NCBI GenBank assembly: GCA_902793465.1
Contig: CADBDT010000007.1
Coordinates: 14,322 to 78,321, forward strand
Source of the DNA: an uncultured Coriobacteriaceae bacterium
GTDB lineage: Bacteria; Actinomycetota; Coriobacteriia; Coriobacteriales; Atopobiaceae
Reading direction: 5' to 3'
DNA: 64,000 nucleotides
A program made the translations under genes and the position numbers. Shown one piece after another: positions 32,537 to 41,387 of this stretch; positions within the stretch are counted from its first letter, which is position 1, and each line of letters opens with the position of its first letter. The notes under the pieces were generated by a model. It searched no databases, had not been told where the DNA came from, and worked only from the letters and a program-made list of their open reading frames with translations.

Positions 32537-34024
32537 CTATCCAATAAACAGAATGTATTCGGCAAGGAAGTATATAACTGCGACAACCAAGTACGTATAC
32601 AGCACGCCCTTCCATTGGTGAGCCAGGAGGCCGGCAAACTCGCGCAGGAAGGCGTTTGGCCAAAAGTACATCTTGGTCTTGCTGGCCATTCCCTCGACCG
32701 CCATTCCAGCCATATGGGCGCATACATACCCGCGAAGAACGTGATAGTTAGTGGTACTAAACGCCACGCTCAGCTCGTTGGCATCCCTTCCCGCATGCTC
32801 CTGTATAACTTCTCGCGAAAAAGCCATGTTCTCTCGCGTGGTGGTGGACCGGTCCTCAAGAACCATGCGTTCCCGGCCAACCCCTTTGGAAACCAAATAG
32901 TTGCCCATGCTCTGGGCCTCGCTCATTACCTCATCCGGCCCTTGGCCGCCACTGGGCACGAAGACCGCGGACTCGTTGCCAGCCACAGAGTACTGCTTGT
33001 CGTATGCAATGGCTCGGTCCACACGTCCCTCAAGCAGAGGAGACGGGGTGCCATCTGGCCTGATGCCACAGCCGAGCACGACTATGTAGTCTGCGCCATG
33101 CTTGGGAGCATGGATAGAGGCGAGCCATCCGCACACGATCGTGGAAACAAGTAGACATTCTCCGAATGTTATTCCAACGGCAATCACCGAGTCAACGAGC
33201 TTAAAATACACGTAGTCCATGCCAAGCGTAAATTCGCTGTCCCTTAGGAAGAACCAAACAGCATGCGCCACGATCCATAACACGCTGGCCGCGATTCCTA
33301 GAAGGTTTACCGGCCTTCGCCCCTCGTGACGGATGAGCCATATGTTGCTTATGGACACAAGGGCCGCAAGGATGCCCATTGGCACCAACGAGATCAAAAC
33401 GAACCAGCCCGCCATCTCGGTTAGCAGGTATGCCATATCGCTAAATGCCCTGCAACTCCCCCGAACAAGGAGGTAGACAAAGAACGCGAACTGGAAGAGA
33501 CAAAATACCAGGCCACCACCGCAAGCTATCATCTCGTAGCCATACCACGCCCTACGCCACAGACGAATAATGGCCGAAATAAACAGCGCACAGGCAACGG
33601 CAAAGAATATGCACACGCATATGTGTATGGACTCCCATCCTGTAAAGTCCACGCCGCCCTCTATAATCGCACCATCTTTTACCTGTACAAACCAGAATGC
33701 CTGCGTCTCTCCCTTACCCAGGGTCACGTCGGTCTCGCCATCGGAGAGTGCCTTAAAGGTCACGGATGCATCGCCATTGGCAAAGTGACGGATGTCGGCC
33801 ACTTCCACGACTCCAGGGGTGCCGCATACCACATCGGACGCGTTGTAGGCAGAGAAGTCCGCTCCCTGCATCTGCACAGGCGTATATGCCACATAGGTGC
33901 TCGCCACAGAGCGAATGTACGCCCGCGAGGCAAGCACCATTACCAAAACAAGCGGCACAAGCAGCAAGAACCGCTTCCATATGCCCTTTGTTGGAGCAAC
34001 GCCCTTTTCAGAATCGTTGTTCAT
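32537..34024 (-). CDS. Multi-pass membrane protein with C-terminal DUF218 / YdcF (SanA-like) domain
   Basis: DYIVVLGCGIRPDGTPSPLLEGRVDRAI...EDRSTTTRENM is DUF218-like, and several TM helices lie upstream. Start refined to ATG 34024 (AAGGGGGAG upstream). Confidence 0.8.
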   Translation of the reverse strand: MNNDSEKGVAPTKGIWKRFLLLVPLVLVMVLASRAYIRSVASTYVAYTPVQMQGADFSAYNASDVVCGTPGVVEVADIRHFANGDASVTFKALSDGETDVTLGKGETQAFWFVQVKDGAIIEGGVDFTGWESIHICVCIFFAVACALFISAIIRLWRRAWYGYEMIACGGGLVFCLFQFAFFVYLLVRGSCRAFSDMAYLLTEMAGWFVLISLVPMGILAALVSISNIWLIRHEGRRPVNLLGIAASVLWIVAHAVWFFLRDSEFTLGMDYVYFKLVDSVIAVGITFGECLLVSTIVCGWLASIHAPKHGADYIVVLGCGIRPDGTPSPLLEGRVDRAIAYDKQYSVAGNESAVFVPSGGQGPDEVMSEAQSMGNYLVSKGVGRERMVLEDRSTTTRENMAFSREVIQEHAGRDANELSVAFSTTNYHVLRGYVCAHMAGMAVEGMASKTKMYFWPNAFLREFAGLLAHQWKGVLYTYLVVAVIYFLAEYILFIG

Positions 34025-34060
34025 TCTCCCCCTTAGACAGTCCAAAACTCGTAGTGGCAA

Positions 34061-34172
34061 GCCGTGCCGTAAGGGGATACTCCCCTACCGGGTACATCGC
34101 GGATAGCCTTCCTCATGCATAGATGCCCTGCTCGCGATGCATCCGATGGGGAGTATCCCCTTACGGCACGGC
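34061..34172. repeat. Family-2 structured repeat, copy 2
   Basis: 25-bp perfect outer stem GCCGTGCCGTAAGGGGATACTCCCC / GGGGAGTATCCCCTTACGGCACGGC. Inner GGGTACATCGCG box and a 28-nt centre. It ends 16 nt after the isochorismatase-family stop. Confidence 0.9.
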
Positions 34173-34188
34173 TCGGGTCGGGCGCACG

Positions 34189-34752
34189 CTAAGACACAGC
34201 CTCCACAAACGCCTGCGCACTTACGATGGCAGAGCCGTAGCACTTCCTAAAGTGCTCGATGCCCGCCTCCTGCGTCCCACATAGGAACGTACGCGTGGCG
34301 TCTTCGACCACAACGGACTCGTACCCGCGATAATATGCATCTGCCAGCGTGTGGAGCACGCAGATGTTGGTGTCTTCCCCCACGGCAATTACGGTCTTTA
34401 TGCCCAGCTCGCGCAGGAGCAGGTCCAGGCTCGTTCCAAAGAAGGCCGAGTAGCGGCGCTTCTCTATTATGAAGTCACGGCTACCCGAGCCCGCCTTGAG
34501 CGCCGGATTGGGTACGGCCTTCCCGGCTACCCCATGCTCGCCCCACAGCTCGAGTTCCTTGTCGACTCCCAGAATGTGCGCGTCGTCGCAAAAGACCACG
34601 GGCATACCCGCGGCACGCGCCGCATCCACTACCCGGACGGAGTTACGCACCACACGCTCCTCGTCGGGGCTCGGGTTGTAAAGGGTGTCGTCGCCTTCCG
34701 TAACCAGCACGTCTATTACAAGCACTGCTGTGTTCTTTACATCAATGTTCAT
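34189..34752 (-). CDS. Isochorismatase-family cysteine hydrolase (nicotinamidase-like)
   Basis: 187 aa. VLVIDV near the N-terminus and catalytic-Cys region GEDTNICVLHT. Confidence 0.85.
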   Translation of the reverse strand: MNIDVKNTAVLVIDVLVTEGDDTLYNPSPDEERVVRNSVRVVDAARAAGMPVVFCDDAHILGVDKELELWGEHGVAGKAVPNPALKAGSGSRDFIIEKRRYSAFFGTSLDLLLRELGIKTVIAVGEDTNICVLHTLADAYYRGYESVVVEDATRTFLCGTQEAGIEHFRKCYGSAIVSAQAFVEAVS

Positions 34753-34804
34753 AGCGCTCCTATCTTATGCGGTGTTTAGAGGCCGTCATCCGATTACGGT
34801 ACCA

Positions 34805-35170
34805 TCAAGCGCTCTTTGTTGCCACCACGTCCACGCCAGTATCACACACGTTGGCAAGTACCACGTCGCCTATTTGCACGGGAGCCTGTGCGCGTACATT
34901 TGCAAGCGCCTCCATAACGGCAAATATGCTCTCCTTGGGAACGTCGGACGCGGTCTTTACCGAAAGCATGCGCTCGCGGTCGCTCCCGTCCACGGGAACC
35001 GTGGTGGTAACTATGCGCGTGGGATTGGTTACCTCCTTGCGACCGTAGACTTCTCCCCTCTTGCAGGTGTTTCCCGTTACGGACACCACCTTGCCGTCTT
35101 CCAGCGTAACCACGAGGGGACAACCCAGCGGACAGTTTATGCATGTGAGCTCGCATGTTTCCCTAGCCAT
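34805..35170 (-). CDS. DUF1667 domain protein (third subunit of the GlpA-like flavoprotein trio)
   Basis: CINCPLGCPLVVTLEDGKVVSVTGNTCKRG signature. Conserved position after two FAD oxidoreductases. Confidence 0.85.
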   Translation of the reverse strand: MARETCELTCINCPLGCPLVVTLEDGKVVSVTGNTCKRGEVYGRKEVTNPTRIVTTTVPVDGSDRERMLSVKTASDVPKESIFAVMEALANVRAQAPVQIGDVVLANVCDTGVDVVATKSA

Positions 35171-35172
35171 GT

Positions 35173-36441
35173 TTAGCCCTCCTCAAGCGTAACAACAATT
35201 CGTTCGACTCCGTCGCGCTCGGCAAAGTGCTCTTGCTTTAGCACGACCTCTTCCATCTCGCCAGGCGCAAGAACCTGGCGCTTCTTGCGCATGATCCTCT
35301 GGTCGTCCAGGTATACGCAAACGAACTTGTTTTTGTACACGTTGTCTACCCTAAAGCGAACGGTCGTCTTTTGGTCCATACGTTCGGGAGCAATAAACGC
35401 AGGTACCGTGTAGCGTACCCCTCCCTGTGCCACGAGGGGTATCCCACGTGCCGCCGAGCCTTCACCCGAATCGCCTTGGGCATACTGCGCAGACATGCGT
35501 CCCGCCATTGCCGCTTCCTGGCTCACGTAGTCAACAAGGTCGTGCACATGAAGAACGTTGCCGCAGGCAAACACGCCTTCCACGCTGGTCTGAAGCCGCT
35601 CGTCCACCACGGGACCGCGCGTAATTGGCGAAAGCTCGATACCAGCCGCACGCGAAAGCTCGTTTTCGGGCAAAAGACCAACAGACAAGAGCAGCGTGTC
35701 GCATGGATAGCGCTTCTCGGTGCCCGCAATAGGCCTGAGCTTCTCGTCGACCTGGGCAATCCACACGGCCTCCACGCGGCGCTTTCCCTCCACGCGCGTA
35801 ACGGTATGGCTCAGCAGCAGGGGGATTCCATAGTCGTCCAAGCACTGCACTATGTTGCGCTTGAGGCCGCCCGAATATGGCATGAGCTCGGCCACACAGG
35901 CAACGTGAGCGCCTTCCAGCGTCATGCGCCTTGCCATAATGAGTCCAATGTCGCCAGAGCCCAGTATTACTACCTCTTTGCCAGGCATCTGACCCTCTAT
36001 GTTAACCAGACGCTGCGCCGTGCCTGCCGTAAACACGCCCGCCGGACGAAAACCGGGTATGTTGAGCGCGCCACGCGGCCTCTCGCGACAACCCATTGCC
36101 AAAACCACCGACTTTGCCTGTATAGAGAACACCCCGCGATCCGTGTTGACCGCGGTAACCACGCGCTCGGGCGAAACATCCAGCACCATAGTGTCCATAA
36201 GACAGCAAATTCCAAGCTCTTTGAGGCGGTCCTCATATCGGGCGGCATACTCCGGCCCGGTTAGCTCCTCCTTAAACGTATGGAGTCCAAAGCCGTTGTG
36301 TATGCACTGGTTAAGGATGCCGCCCAGCTGCACGTCTCGCTCCAGCACGACCACATCCGTGCTTCCGGCCTCGTAGGCAGATATCGCAGCGGCAAGACCT
36401 GCGGGTCCTCCGCCCACAACCACGACGTCATGCTGCTCCAT
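35173..36441 (-). CDS. NAD(P)/FAD-dependent pyridine nucleotide-disulfide oxidoreductase
   Basis: Two Rossmann dinucleotide motifs, VVVVGGGPAGLAAA and VVILGSGDIGL. Confidence 0.85.
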   Translation of the reverse strand: MEQHDVVVVGGGPAGLAAAISAYEAGSTDVVVLERDVQLGGILNQCIHNGFGLHTFKEELTGPEYAARYEDRLKELGICCLMDTMVLDVSPERVVTAVNTDRGVFSIQAKSVVLAMGCRERPRGALNIPGFRPAGVFTAGTAQRLVNIEGQMPGKEVVILGSGDIGLIMARRMTLEGAHVACVAELMPYSGGLKRNIVQCLDDYGIPLLLSHTVTRVEGKRRVEAVWIAQVDEKLRPIAGTEKRYPCDTLLLSVGLLPENELSRAAGIELSPITRGPVVDERLQTSVEGVFACGNVLHVHDLVDYVSQEAAMAGRMSAQYAQGDSGEGSAARGIPLVAQGGVRYTVPAFIAPERMDQKTTVRFRVDNVYKNKFVCVYLDDQRIMRKKRQVLAPGEMEEVVLKQEHFAERDGVERIVVTLEEG

Positions 36442-36442
36442 G

Positions 36443-37894
36443 CTACTCGCCTCCCTTCTGGACCAGGATCTCTGACCCCGGACCGGCCTTCGTTATGGAC
36501 TCTGGCTCCATGCCAAGCTCGCGCTCCAGGATCTCCATTATCTTGGGCGAGCAGAACCCACCTTGGCACCGCCCCATGGTCGCGCCCGTGCGACGCTTTA
36601 TGGCATCGAGCGAGCGTACAGGAATCGGTCGATGGAGCATCGTAATTATTTGCGCCTCAGACACGCGGCAGCACCTGCATATTACACGCCCGTACGCAGG
36701 ATCTTCCTCGCAGAGCTTTGCCCAGTCCTCAAAGCTTATAATGTTGAGGTTGGGTATGGACTTGCGCGTGGCAATCCATTCGCCCTCGGGCCGTTCCTTA
36801 AGACCCAGGATTGCGCACACTTCGTTGCACACCATCTTGCCCACGGCGGGACTGGCCGTAAGTCCAGGAGACTCTATTGCCGCACAGTCCACAAACCGCG
36901 GGGCATCCGCCACCTCACCAATAATAAACTCGTGATCTGGCTGGTGCGCCCGCAGGCCGGCAAAGCTCGTAATTACCTCGCGCAAAGGAACGTTTGCCAC
37001 CGTTAGCGCACACTTTTGCGCCACCTCTGCGAGGCCTTCGGCAGTGGTGTCCGTCGATTCGGGGTCATCAACGTCGAGCGCAGTCGGACCAACCAGGAGG
37101 TTTCCGTGAACCGTGGGGCTCACAAGCACGCCCTTGCCCATCTTTGTGGGCAGCATGAACACGGTATGCCTCACATGCTGACCGGCTGTTGTGTCCAGCA
37201 GCAGGTATTCTCCCTTGCGAGGAATAATGCTTATCTTCTGGCTGCTTACCATGTTGTGAATCGCATCGGAATAGACGCCGGCCGCATTTACCACGCACCG
37301 CGCGCGCACATCGCCTGCGGTCGTGCCTACCAGCCACGTGCCATCCTGCTCTGCCCGCACGCTTGTAACCTCGCGGCAGAACTCGAACTCCACACCGTTT
37401 TGGGCCGCGTTTTCGGCAAGTGCGATGGTAAGGCCAAAGGGATCAACTATGCCTGCGCTCGGTGCCCACAAGGCAGCAACGGCCTGGTCGGAGATGTTGG
37501 GCTCCATTTCCTTGAGCTCCTCGCGCTCCACAATGCGCAGGTCTGGCACGCCGTTTGCCTTGCCGCGTGCCAGCAGCTCGTCAAGTCCGTCGCGCGCGGA
37601 CTCGTCGGTGCAAACAACGAGCGATCCGCATTGGATGGCGCCTATGTCCAGGTCCTTGGCCAGCTGCCACATAAGGGCGTTTCCCTCTACGTTGAGCTTT
37701 GCCATAAGCGTGCCGGTCTGGGCGTCAAAACCCGCGTGCACGATGGCGGAGTTCGCCTTGGACGTTCCACAGCAGACGTCCTCCTCGCGTTCCAATACGC
37801 AGACCTTCGCGTCGTACCTAGACAGCTCTCGTGCCACCGCGCATCCAGAAACACCAGCGCCGATAATTACGACATCATAAGAACCAACATCCAT
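36443..37894 (-). CDS. FAD-dependent oxidoreductase (anaerobic glycerol-3-phosphate dehydrogenase GlpA-like, BFD-type Cys motif)
   Basis: YDVVIIGAGVSGCAVAREL, plus C-terminal CRCCRVSE...RCQGGFC. Start refined to ATG 37894 (AGGAGAGGAG upstream). Confidence 0.85.
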   Translation of the reverse strand: MDVGSYDVVIIGAGVSGCAVARELSRYDAKVCVLEREEDVCCGTSKANSAIVHAGFDAQTGTLMAKLNVEGNALMWQLAKDLDIGAIQCGSLVVCTDESARDGLDELLARGKANGVPDLRIVEREELKEMEPNISDQAVAALWAPSAGIVDPFGLTIALAENAAQNGVEFEFCREVTSVRAEQDGTWLVGTTAGDVRARCVVNAAGVYSDAIHNMVSSQKISIIPRKGEYLLLDTTAGQHVRHTVFMLPTKMGKGVLVSPTVHGNLLVGPTALDVDDPESTDTTAEGLAEVAQKCALTVANVPLREVITSFAGLRAHQPDHEFIIGEVADAPRFVDCAAIESPGLTASPAVGKMVCNEVCAILGLKERPEGEWIATRKSIPNLNIISFEDWAKLCEEDPAYGRVICRCCRVSEAQIITMLHRPIPVRSLDAIKRRTGATMGRCQGGFCSPKIMEILERELGMEPESITKAGPGSEILVQKGGE

Positions 37895-37927
37895 ATGGTC
37901 TCCTCTCCTATGCGTACGACAAAAAGG

Positions 37928-37972
37928 TACCGCATGCGGACCGTCCATCAACATTCAAATCCGCATGCGGTA
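37928..37972. promoter_or_regulatory. Paired palindromic boxes (candidate operator) upstream of the GlpA-like operon
   Basis: TACCGCATGCGGA at 37928-37940 and its exact reverse complement TCCGCATGCGGTA at 37960-37972. Each contains the self-palindrome CCGCATGCGG. Spacing is 32 bp centre to centre, 34-78 nt upstream of the ATG. Confidence 0.45.
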
Positions 37973-38030
37973 GTGGCCCGCAAATTGGGGATAATCCCAC
38001 AGACTGTCCGAAAACTCGTGATGGAGTGGC

Positions 38031-38300
38031 GTGCCGTGTGGGGATACTCCCCTATGGGTACATCGCGGATAGGCCAGCCCGCAAAGGAATCGCTACTTGC
38101 GATGTACCCGACGGAGAGTATCCCACCGCCATTTAGTTAGCGCTGTGCACATTGGGGATACTCCCCTGCGGGTACATCGCGGATGAGCCGTACTCCAACG
38201 AAAGCCCTACTCGCGATGTACCCGATGGGGAGTATCCCCTATGTGCACAGCTCCCCCGGACCCTTAACTAAATAGCGGTGGGAGTGCCCCCTCACGGCAC
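38031..38300. repeat. Family-2 structured repeats, copies 3 (38031-38126) and 4 (38142-38251), in a nested composite
   Basis: Two units, each GGGGATACTCCCC...GGGTACATCGCGGAT...CGCGATGTACCCGA.GG.GAGTATCCC. There is an extra inverted pair, CCCACCGCCATTTAGTTA (38122) / TAACTAAATAGCGGTGGG (38265), and a degenerate third right arm ending in CACGGCAC at 38300. Confidence 0.88.
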
Positions 38301-38319
38301 AGGTTCGCCGCCCTCTCGT

Positions 38320-39345
38320 CTAATACGACTCGCCGTAGTATGTGTAGCCCGTATCGGTGCCGTAGCTGTTGTCGTAGCCGGTGTAGTCGTAACCGTTCTG
38401 CGCTCCGGTCCCGCCGGTGTTGTCGTAACCGTTCTGCGCTCCGGTCCCGCCGGTGTTGTCGTAACCGGTGGATGTGTCGTAGCCAGTACCATAGTCGTTC
38501 GTTCCGCCCGCATTGCCAGTGTAACTCTGTTGCGAGCTCGACGAGGACTCCTGCGAGACACTCGCATCGGAAGAGGTGTCCAGGTACTCTTCCAGGGAAA
38601 TGCCCCTGTCCATAATCTCTGCGGCAGAATCCTTTCCAACGTACCTAAAGTGCCAAGGGATATAGGAATACCCCGTGTAGTACTCCTTGTCGTTGGGATA
38701 GCGGAGGATAAACCCGTGCTTGGCTAGATAAGCGTGAACCGTCTTCCAGGTGCTCACCTTCTCCAAGAGCTCTTCCTTCTTGGTTACGGGTACGCCATTT
38801 TCCAGCAATATGGCATCAAACGAGAGCCCTGTGTTGTAGTCCGAATGTCCTGGCTTTGCCACGTACTCCGTTACGTAGTCCTCGCCATATTCCTTCTTGT
38901 AGTCGTCCCACAGCTTTTGCTGATCGGAAGCGCTACGGTATCCCGAACCCACTTCCAGCACAATGCCCTCGTTGTTCTTGAGGTCGTCCTTAAGCTCCGC
39001 AAACGCGTCATTTGCCACCTTGTCCAGACGTACCGTGTCCCCCTTTGTGTTCTTGGACTCCACGAGCTCGAGCTTTTGCTCCCAGTCCTCTGGCAAACTT
39101 GTACTCTTGTTTGCCAACACAAGCAGGTTAAGTCGGCCGTCTTCACTTGTGGCAGTCTTCTTGCCCGCATCGGACAGCTGCACAGCATTCTGCCCCGCCT
39201 GAGAGACATCTATTGTCTCCAACTGGTTGGACGCAGCAGCGGAACCACTCTTAAGGCCCTTGCAGCCAAAGAGCGCGCATAGCAGAGCTAAGCACGGTAC
39301 CAGGACGATCAGCGAGAACCGCCCTCCAAGCAAAGATCTCGTCAC
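38320..39345 (-). CDS. VanY/M15B-family D-alanyl-D-alanine carboxypeptidase-like lipoprotein with low-complexity G/Y/N/T tail
   Basis: Lipobox LFGC. SGYRSASDQQ, PGHSDYNTGLSFD and IPWHFRYVG metallopeptidase motifs. Confidence 0.85.
   Translation of the reverse strand: MTRSLLGGRFSLIVLVPCLALLCALFGCKGLKSGSAAASNQLETIDVSQAGQNAVQLSDAGKKTATSEDGRLNLLVLANKSTSLPEDWEQKLELVESKNTKGDTVRLDKVANDAFAELKDDLKNNEGIVLEVGSGYRSASDQQKLWDDYKKEYGEDYVTEYVAKPGHSDYNTGLSFDAILLENGVPVTKKEELLEKVSTWKTVHAYLAKHGFILRYPNDKEYYTGYSYIPWHFRYVGKDSAAEIMDRGISLEEYLDTSSDASVSQESSSSSQQSYTGNAGGTNDYGTGYDTSTGYDNTGGTGAQNGYDNTGGTGAQNGYDYTGYDNSYGTDTGYTYYGESY
38386..38457. repeat. Exact 36-bp tandem duplication inside the VanY-like tail (plus a partial third unit)
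   Basis: GTCGTAACCGTTCTGCGCTCCGGTCCCGCCGGTGTT occurs twice in a row. It encodes NTGGTGAQNGYD twice. Confidence 0.92.
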
Positions 39346-39354
39346 GAGATCCTC

Positions 39355-39867
39355 CTATTCTTTGCCAAGCGCGTCGCGCATTTTGTTGTTGGCGCGCCAC
39401 AGATGAGTAGAGACGGTCGAGGGGTTGAGGTCGAGTCGTTCTGCAATCTCTTTGTTCGAGAGCTCCTCCCAGTATTTGAGGTAAACGAGCTCTCGCTCCT
39501 CTTCGGTAAGAATCTTTAGAAGGTCGCGAACCGTCTCGCCGGTCTCGTCGAGCTGGTCGTCTTCGGTATACGAAAGAACCGCAGGATTTACGGCATCCAA
39601 GTCCACGTTGTTGCGACTTGAGCGAAAGTAACTAAACAGCGTGTTTCGCGCAATCCTAAACATCCACGCATCCAGGTTCCCCCGGGTGCCGTCAAACGTC
39701 TTGTAGCTCTGAACGACCTTAACCATTACGTCGCTCGTCAGCTCGTCGGCAAGACTGCTGTTGAGCGTCTTATAGTAAATAAAGTTGAAGATACGAGAAT
39801 AGTACTCGTTAAACAGACCATCGAGGTCCCTACGCCTAATTCTGTTTCCCCTAATGGAAAATCCCAT
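39355..39867 (-). CDS. ECF-type sigma-70 family RNA polymerase sigma factor
   Basis: 170 aa. Region-2-like FNFIYYKTLNSSLADELTSDVMVKV and region-4 HTH LSNKEIAERLDLNPSTVSTHLWRA. It ends 9 nt before the VanY-like gene. Confidence 0.85.
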   Translation of the reverse strand: MGFSIRGNRIRRRDLDGLFNEYYSRIFNFIYYKTLNSSLADELTSDVMVKVVQSYKTFDGTRGNLDAWMFRIARNTLFSYFRSSRNNVDLDAVNPAVLSYTEDDQLDETGETVRDLLKILTEEERELVYLKYWEELSNKEIAERLDLNPSTVSTHLWRANNKMRDALGKE

Positions 39868-40074
39868 GACGAATCCCCTTGTCCGCTTGTTTGCGTGGAT
39901 ATTTTACCAAAGACTCGTCATTACGCCGTTTTTTGGGTCGTATCTACTAAATAATAATAATCTCGCATTCATCTTTGCCTGGCAGATTTTTTCAAAAAAG
40001 TTTGGGACGCATTCGGGATAGATGCGTAGTAGATTGTAAGAGATTGAAACCTAGAAGACACAAGGAGTCTTAAC

Positions 40075-40278
40075 ATGAAAACGAATACCAACAACCTGCC
40101 CGATATGCGCTATGACTTTTCGTTTTTGAGCAAGGGTCGCCTGCGCGCCTACAACCGCATGCTCGAGGAGCTTAACAAGGAATCGAACGACGCCCGCGAG
40201 CTCAACGAGGACGAGCTTGACCTTCTGGCAGCTGCCGGCAGCGTCGAAAACGCAACTGGCAACCAGCCAACCGAGTGA
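40075..40278 (+). CDS. Small hydrophilic peptide with a leader-like ELNEDELDLLAAAG motif
   Basis: AAGGAG lies 8 nt before the ATG. 67 aa. Ends 10 nt before the CmpB-like gene start. No family recognised. Confidence 0.5.
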   Translation: MKTNTNNLPDMRYDFSFLSKGRLRAYNRMLEELNKESNDARELNEDELDLLAAAGSVENATGNQPTE

Positions 40279-40288
40279 TAGGAGAACC

Positions 40289-41332
40289 ATGATAGAGGGA
40301 CGTAAGCCCCTTGGAGTAGGCCTGCGATGTGTGCAGGCCTACTATTTGTTAATACTTGCCGTGGGGTTTGGGTATGCCGCCCTTCTTAACCCCAAGGGAA
40401 GCCTAGACCACGTGTACGACTTTTCCATGCTGCGAGCAATAGTGCAAATGGCAACATCGGCCCAGGCCGTGTGGATGCTGCAGCGCAGAATGGTTGGCGC
40501 ACGGTATTTTTGCATGGTTACCACGGCCATTTGCATGGTGTTTTCCATTATCGATATATTCTTTTTGCACGCCAATGCGCCAGTGTTCGCAGCCATGGGG
40601 CCATACGCAAGTACCGCACTCGTTGTGGTGGAATACGTTCTTGCCATAGCGGTTATCGCATACCTCGCGTTTGCAAAAAAGCCGCGCGAGGTGCTGTGCA
40701 TGGAATACAAGCACGAAGCGCCACGTGAGGGTAATAGCTGGGACATAAAGCGTTTTAGGTTTCGCATACGCACCTGGGAGTTCTGGCGGGACCTTATTAT
40801 CTACTTCATAGTGTTCTCGTTCTTGGGACACTGGGCCGAGATGCTCTTTTGCCGCCTCATAGTTGCCGGGGTATTTATGGGCGGATACGATCCCACCAAC
40901 GCCATGTTGTGGGACCAGTGGCTCTTCCCGTTTTCGGCAGAGGGCACGGCGCTTGCCATGGTCGCACTCTTCCTGTTTCCGCTCAAGCACCTCATACAGT
41001 ATCGCATGGGAGGTCGCGTGCTTCCCGCCTTAACAATCTCGTTTTTTGTCAACGCGTTCGTATGCACATCAATCGACTTTCTTACCGGCATAACCTGCAA
41101 CCAAAATTACGAGCTGTGGGACTATCGCGACATGCCCTTTAACTTTATGGGCCAGATATGCCTGCAGAACTCTCTCGTCTACTCCATTGCGGCCACGCTC
41201 ATAGTATGGGTCGTTTATCCTCTTATGGACCGTGGGCTACGAATGATGAAGGAAAGCTGGGTAGACGCGCTCTTCTTTGGGCTGGTTGGCTTCTACGCCT
41301 TCGAGGCAGCGCTGCACTTTATTGTTATCTAG
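40289..41332 (+). CDS. Polytopic membrane protein with C-terminal CmpB-like ('putative ABC-transporter type IV', PF06541-like) domain
   Basis: FWRDLIIYFIVFSFLGHWAEMLF...ELWDYRDMPFNFMGQICLQNSLVYS resembles the CmpB family. Start refined to ATG 40289 (GGAG upstream). Confidence 0.7.
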   Translation: MIEGRKPLGVGLRCVQAYYLLILAVGFGYAALLNPKGSLDHVYDFSMLRAIVQMATSAQAVWMLQRRMVGARYFCMVTTAICMVFSIIDIFFLHANAPVFAAMGPYASTALVVVEYVLAIAVIAYLAFAKKPREVLCMEYKHEAPREGNSWDIKRFRFRIRTWEFWRDLIIYFIVFSFLGHWAEMLFCRLIVAGVFMGGYDPTNAMLWDQWLFPFSAEGTALAMVALFLFPLKHLIQYRMGGRVLPALTISFFVNAFVCTSIDFLTGITCNQNYELWDYRDMPFNFMGQICLQNSLVYSIAATLIVWVVYPLMDRGLRMMKESWVDALFFGLVGFYAFEAALHFIVI

Positions 41333-41387
41333 TAGCCGTGTATTAGGAATGATACAATTTTGCCGTTTCCGACATGAGGAGTAAGAG

